DNA of 64,000 bases from Eledone cirrhosa (taxonomy: Eukaryota): assembly GCA_964016885.1 (NCBI GenBank), contig OZ024740.1, positions 199,206,001-199,270,000 on the forward strand, given 5' to 3'. The notes below the pieces were generated by a model. That model did no database searches and had not been told where the DNA came from. It worked only from the letters and a program-made list of their open reading frames with translations. Positions 62,197 to 64,000 of this stretch are shown here, in pieces. Numbering within the stretch: the stretch's first letter is position 1; the number at the start of each line of letters is the position of its first letter. Made by a program: the position numbers and the translations under genes.

Positions 62197-62234
62197 CCTT
62201 TACCGGTTTCGCAGTTCTTCTGCTTTTCAAAAGT
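62197..62234 (-). ncRNA. Minimal type I hammerhead, U3-A8 variant (second, unrelated family)
   Basis: ctt-TTGAAAA-gcag aagaa ctgc-GAAAC-cg-GTA-aag; palindromic ACCGGT. Confidence 0.82.
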
Positions 62235-62625
62235 AGAGTTGAGATGGAGGGTCTGTGGTTTTCTCATATCTGGTTCGTCTCTGAATGTTACTTGTTTTAT
62301 ATGGAAAAAGTGGCTCGAAATGCCAGGTTTTTTGAGAAGTAATTATAATAAATTTCGCGCCAGTTCGCGTTACAAAGTTCTTCAAACAGGAGGGGGGGGG
62401 GGGGGTCACGGGTTGTTTTTTTCATATATGAGTGTTTGAATTTCTTTTTACTTAAAAAAAGGGGGTTCACGAAGGCTTTTTTTAATAAACGTAATTTGAT
62501 TGGTTAATAAATGAAATTATGGCTATCACGTAAACAAGTTTTCATTAAATTTTCGCACCCTTATTTGGAAATCCATTCTGTAGCCTTTTTAGAGAATTTT
62601 ATGACAACTAAAACAAAACCCAAGA

Positions 62626-63141
62626 ATGAAAAAAGCCCTTGAAACACAACATATTCAAAAGCAAAAGACAACAGAAATCACTGAAACCATTACACACCAA
62701 TGCCAAATTACATACCACAAACCCACAACCAAAAATGTCAAAAAATGTGGTCGCTCTAATTGTGGAACCTGCACTCACATCATTGAAGGCAACACGTATA
62801 CATTTAAATCAGGACAACATTTTACTGTAAAAAATCACTTCACTTGCTCATCAAAAAATCTACTTTATGCTATTAAATGTAAAGGATGCAATGAAGATTA
62901 TATAGGACAAACTAAACTCACACTCAGAAACAGAATGACAGTTCATCGCCAACAATTACGAGATCCAACCACGAGACAGATACCACTAAGCGCACATCTA
63001 GACATATGCGCAAGTAATAAGATACCCAAATTCCAAGTCTTCCCATTTTATCTTTGCGCTAACAATATAACAGAACAAATACGAATAAATAAAGAAAATA
63101 TGTTTATTCAAAAATATAGACCAGCATTTAATATGGTTTAA
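62626..63141 (+). pseudogene. Open GIY-YIG endonuclease domain of a Penelope-like (Neptune-type linker) element; RT absent
   Basis: CGRSNCGTC, FTCSSKNLLYAIKCKGCNEDYIGQTKLTLRNRMTVH, LSAHL, KENMFIQKYRPAFN. Confidence 0.92.
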
Positions 63142-64000
63142 TATACATTTTGTCAACACCATAACATGCTAACCATCCAAACAGACACATACACACATAA
63201 CACCTTCTACTTTAGAAAATAAAAACCCGAACTAAATAAACCTTAACATACGTTTGCACTGACAATACAACAGAACAAATACGTATAAGTAAGGAAAATA
63301 TGTTCATTCAAAAATATTCCTACTAAAGGAATCATTTCCCTACACACACACACACACACACACACACAATATAAATATATATATATATATATATATTCTC
63401 TTCATCTTAACATGCTAACCATACTCCCACACACATATCACCCATACACACACATAACAACACCCACACCCACACACACATCTCCCTCCCCCATTTCTAC
63501 TAATATAATCACTTTCCTACACACATATATACACACACACAAAATATATATTCTCTCCATCTTAACATACTCCCACATACACACACATAACACCCATATA
63601 CACACACACACAACTCGCTCCCCCATTTCTACTAATAGAATCATCTTCCAATACACACACCCACACACACACACAAGCACACACATAAACATACACATCT
63701 TTACTTTCTTTACTTCAATAGAAAATCTGAATTCTGACACCCCAGCGAACCATCCATATTCACTGAACCAGAACAATTCTCCCATCCCATTTCTCTTGAC
63801 CATTATCTTTTGCTTGTAAAAAAATTCTGTAAAAAGGGTACAGAATAGATTTCCAGATAAGGGCGCGAACATTTAATGAAAACTTGTTCACGTGACAGAC
63901 ATAATTTCATTTATAGCCAATCAAATTACGTCTATTAAAAAAAAGCCTTCGTGAGCCCCTTTTTTTAAGTATAAAGAAATTCACACACACACACACACAC

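Larger units (their letters stand above)
62060..63986 (+). mobile_element. 5'-truncated Penelope-like element with inverted 5' pLTR copy; may continue beyond the window
   Basis: 62432-62600 inverted against 63821-63986; GIY-YIG ORF between; internal duplications at 63062/63262 and 63395/63550. Confidence 0.88.

Overview
AT-rich, microsatellite-dense eukaryotic DNA with no confidently identifiable host gene. The SINE and LINE-tail repertoire resembles coleoid cephalopods (Octopus-like); this is an inference from recalled repeat sequences. The window is almost entirely transposon-derived. It holds one intact 1130-aa R4/Dong-type RLE non-LTR retrotransposon ending in (TAA)n, two decayed relatives, and two nested hAT (Tip100-like) DNA transposons with TIRs and 8-bp TSDs. 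It also holds a hAT MITE, a non-autonomous Helitron carrying a 37-bp minisatellite, RTE/CRE/L1-Tx1 fragments, tRNA-derived SINEs and at least seven Penelope-like element (PLE) relics, several Naiad-like. The most striking unexplained structure is about 19 fold-back (inverted-repeat) units, most embedded in (TA)n tracts. Many carry minimal type I hammerhead ribozyme (HHR) motifs from roughly ten unrelated sequence families. These include tandem HHR repeats 280 and 430 nt apart (retrozyme-like), U3-A8 core variants in two families, a family with a replaced core, and hairpins whose turn lies at or inside the ribozyme. All folds and alignments were made by eye and coordinates of decayed elements are approximate.
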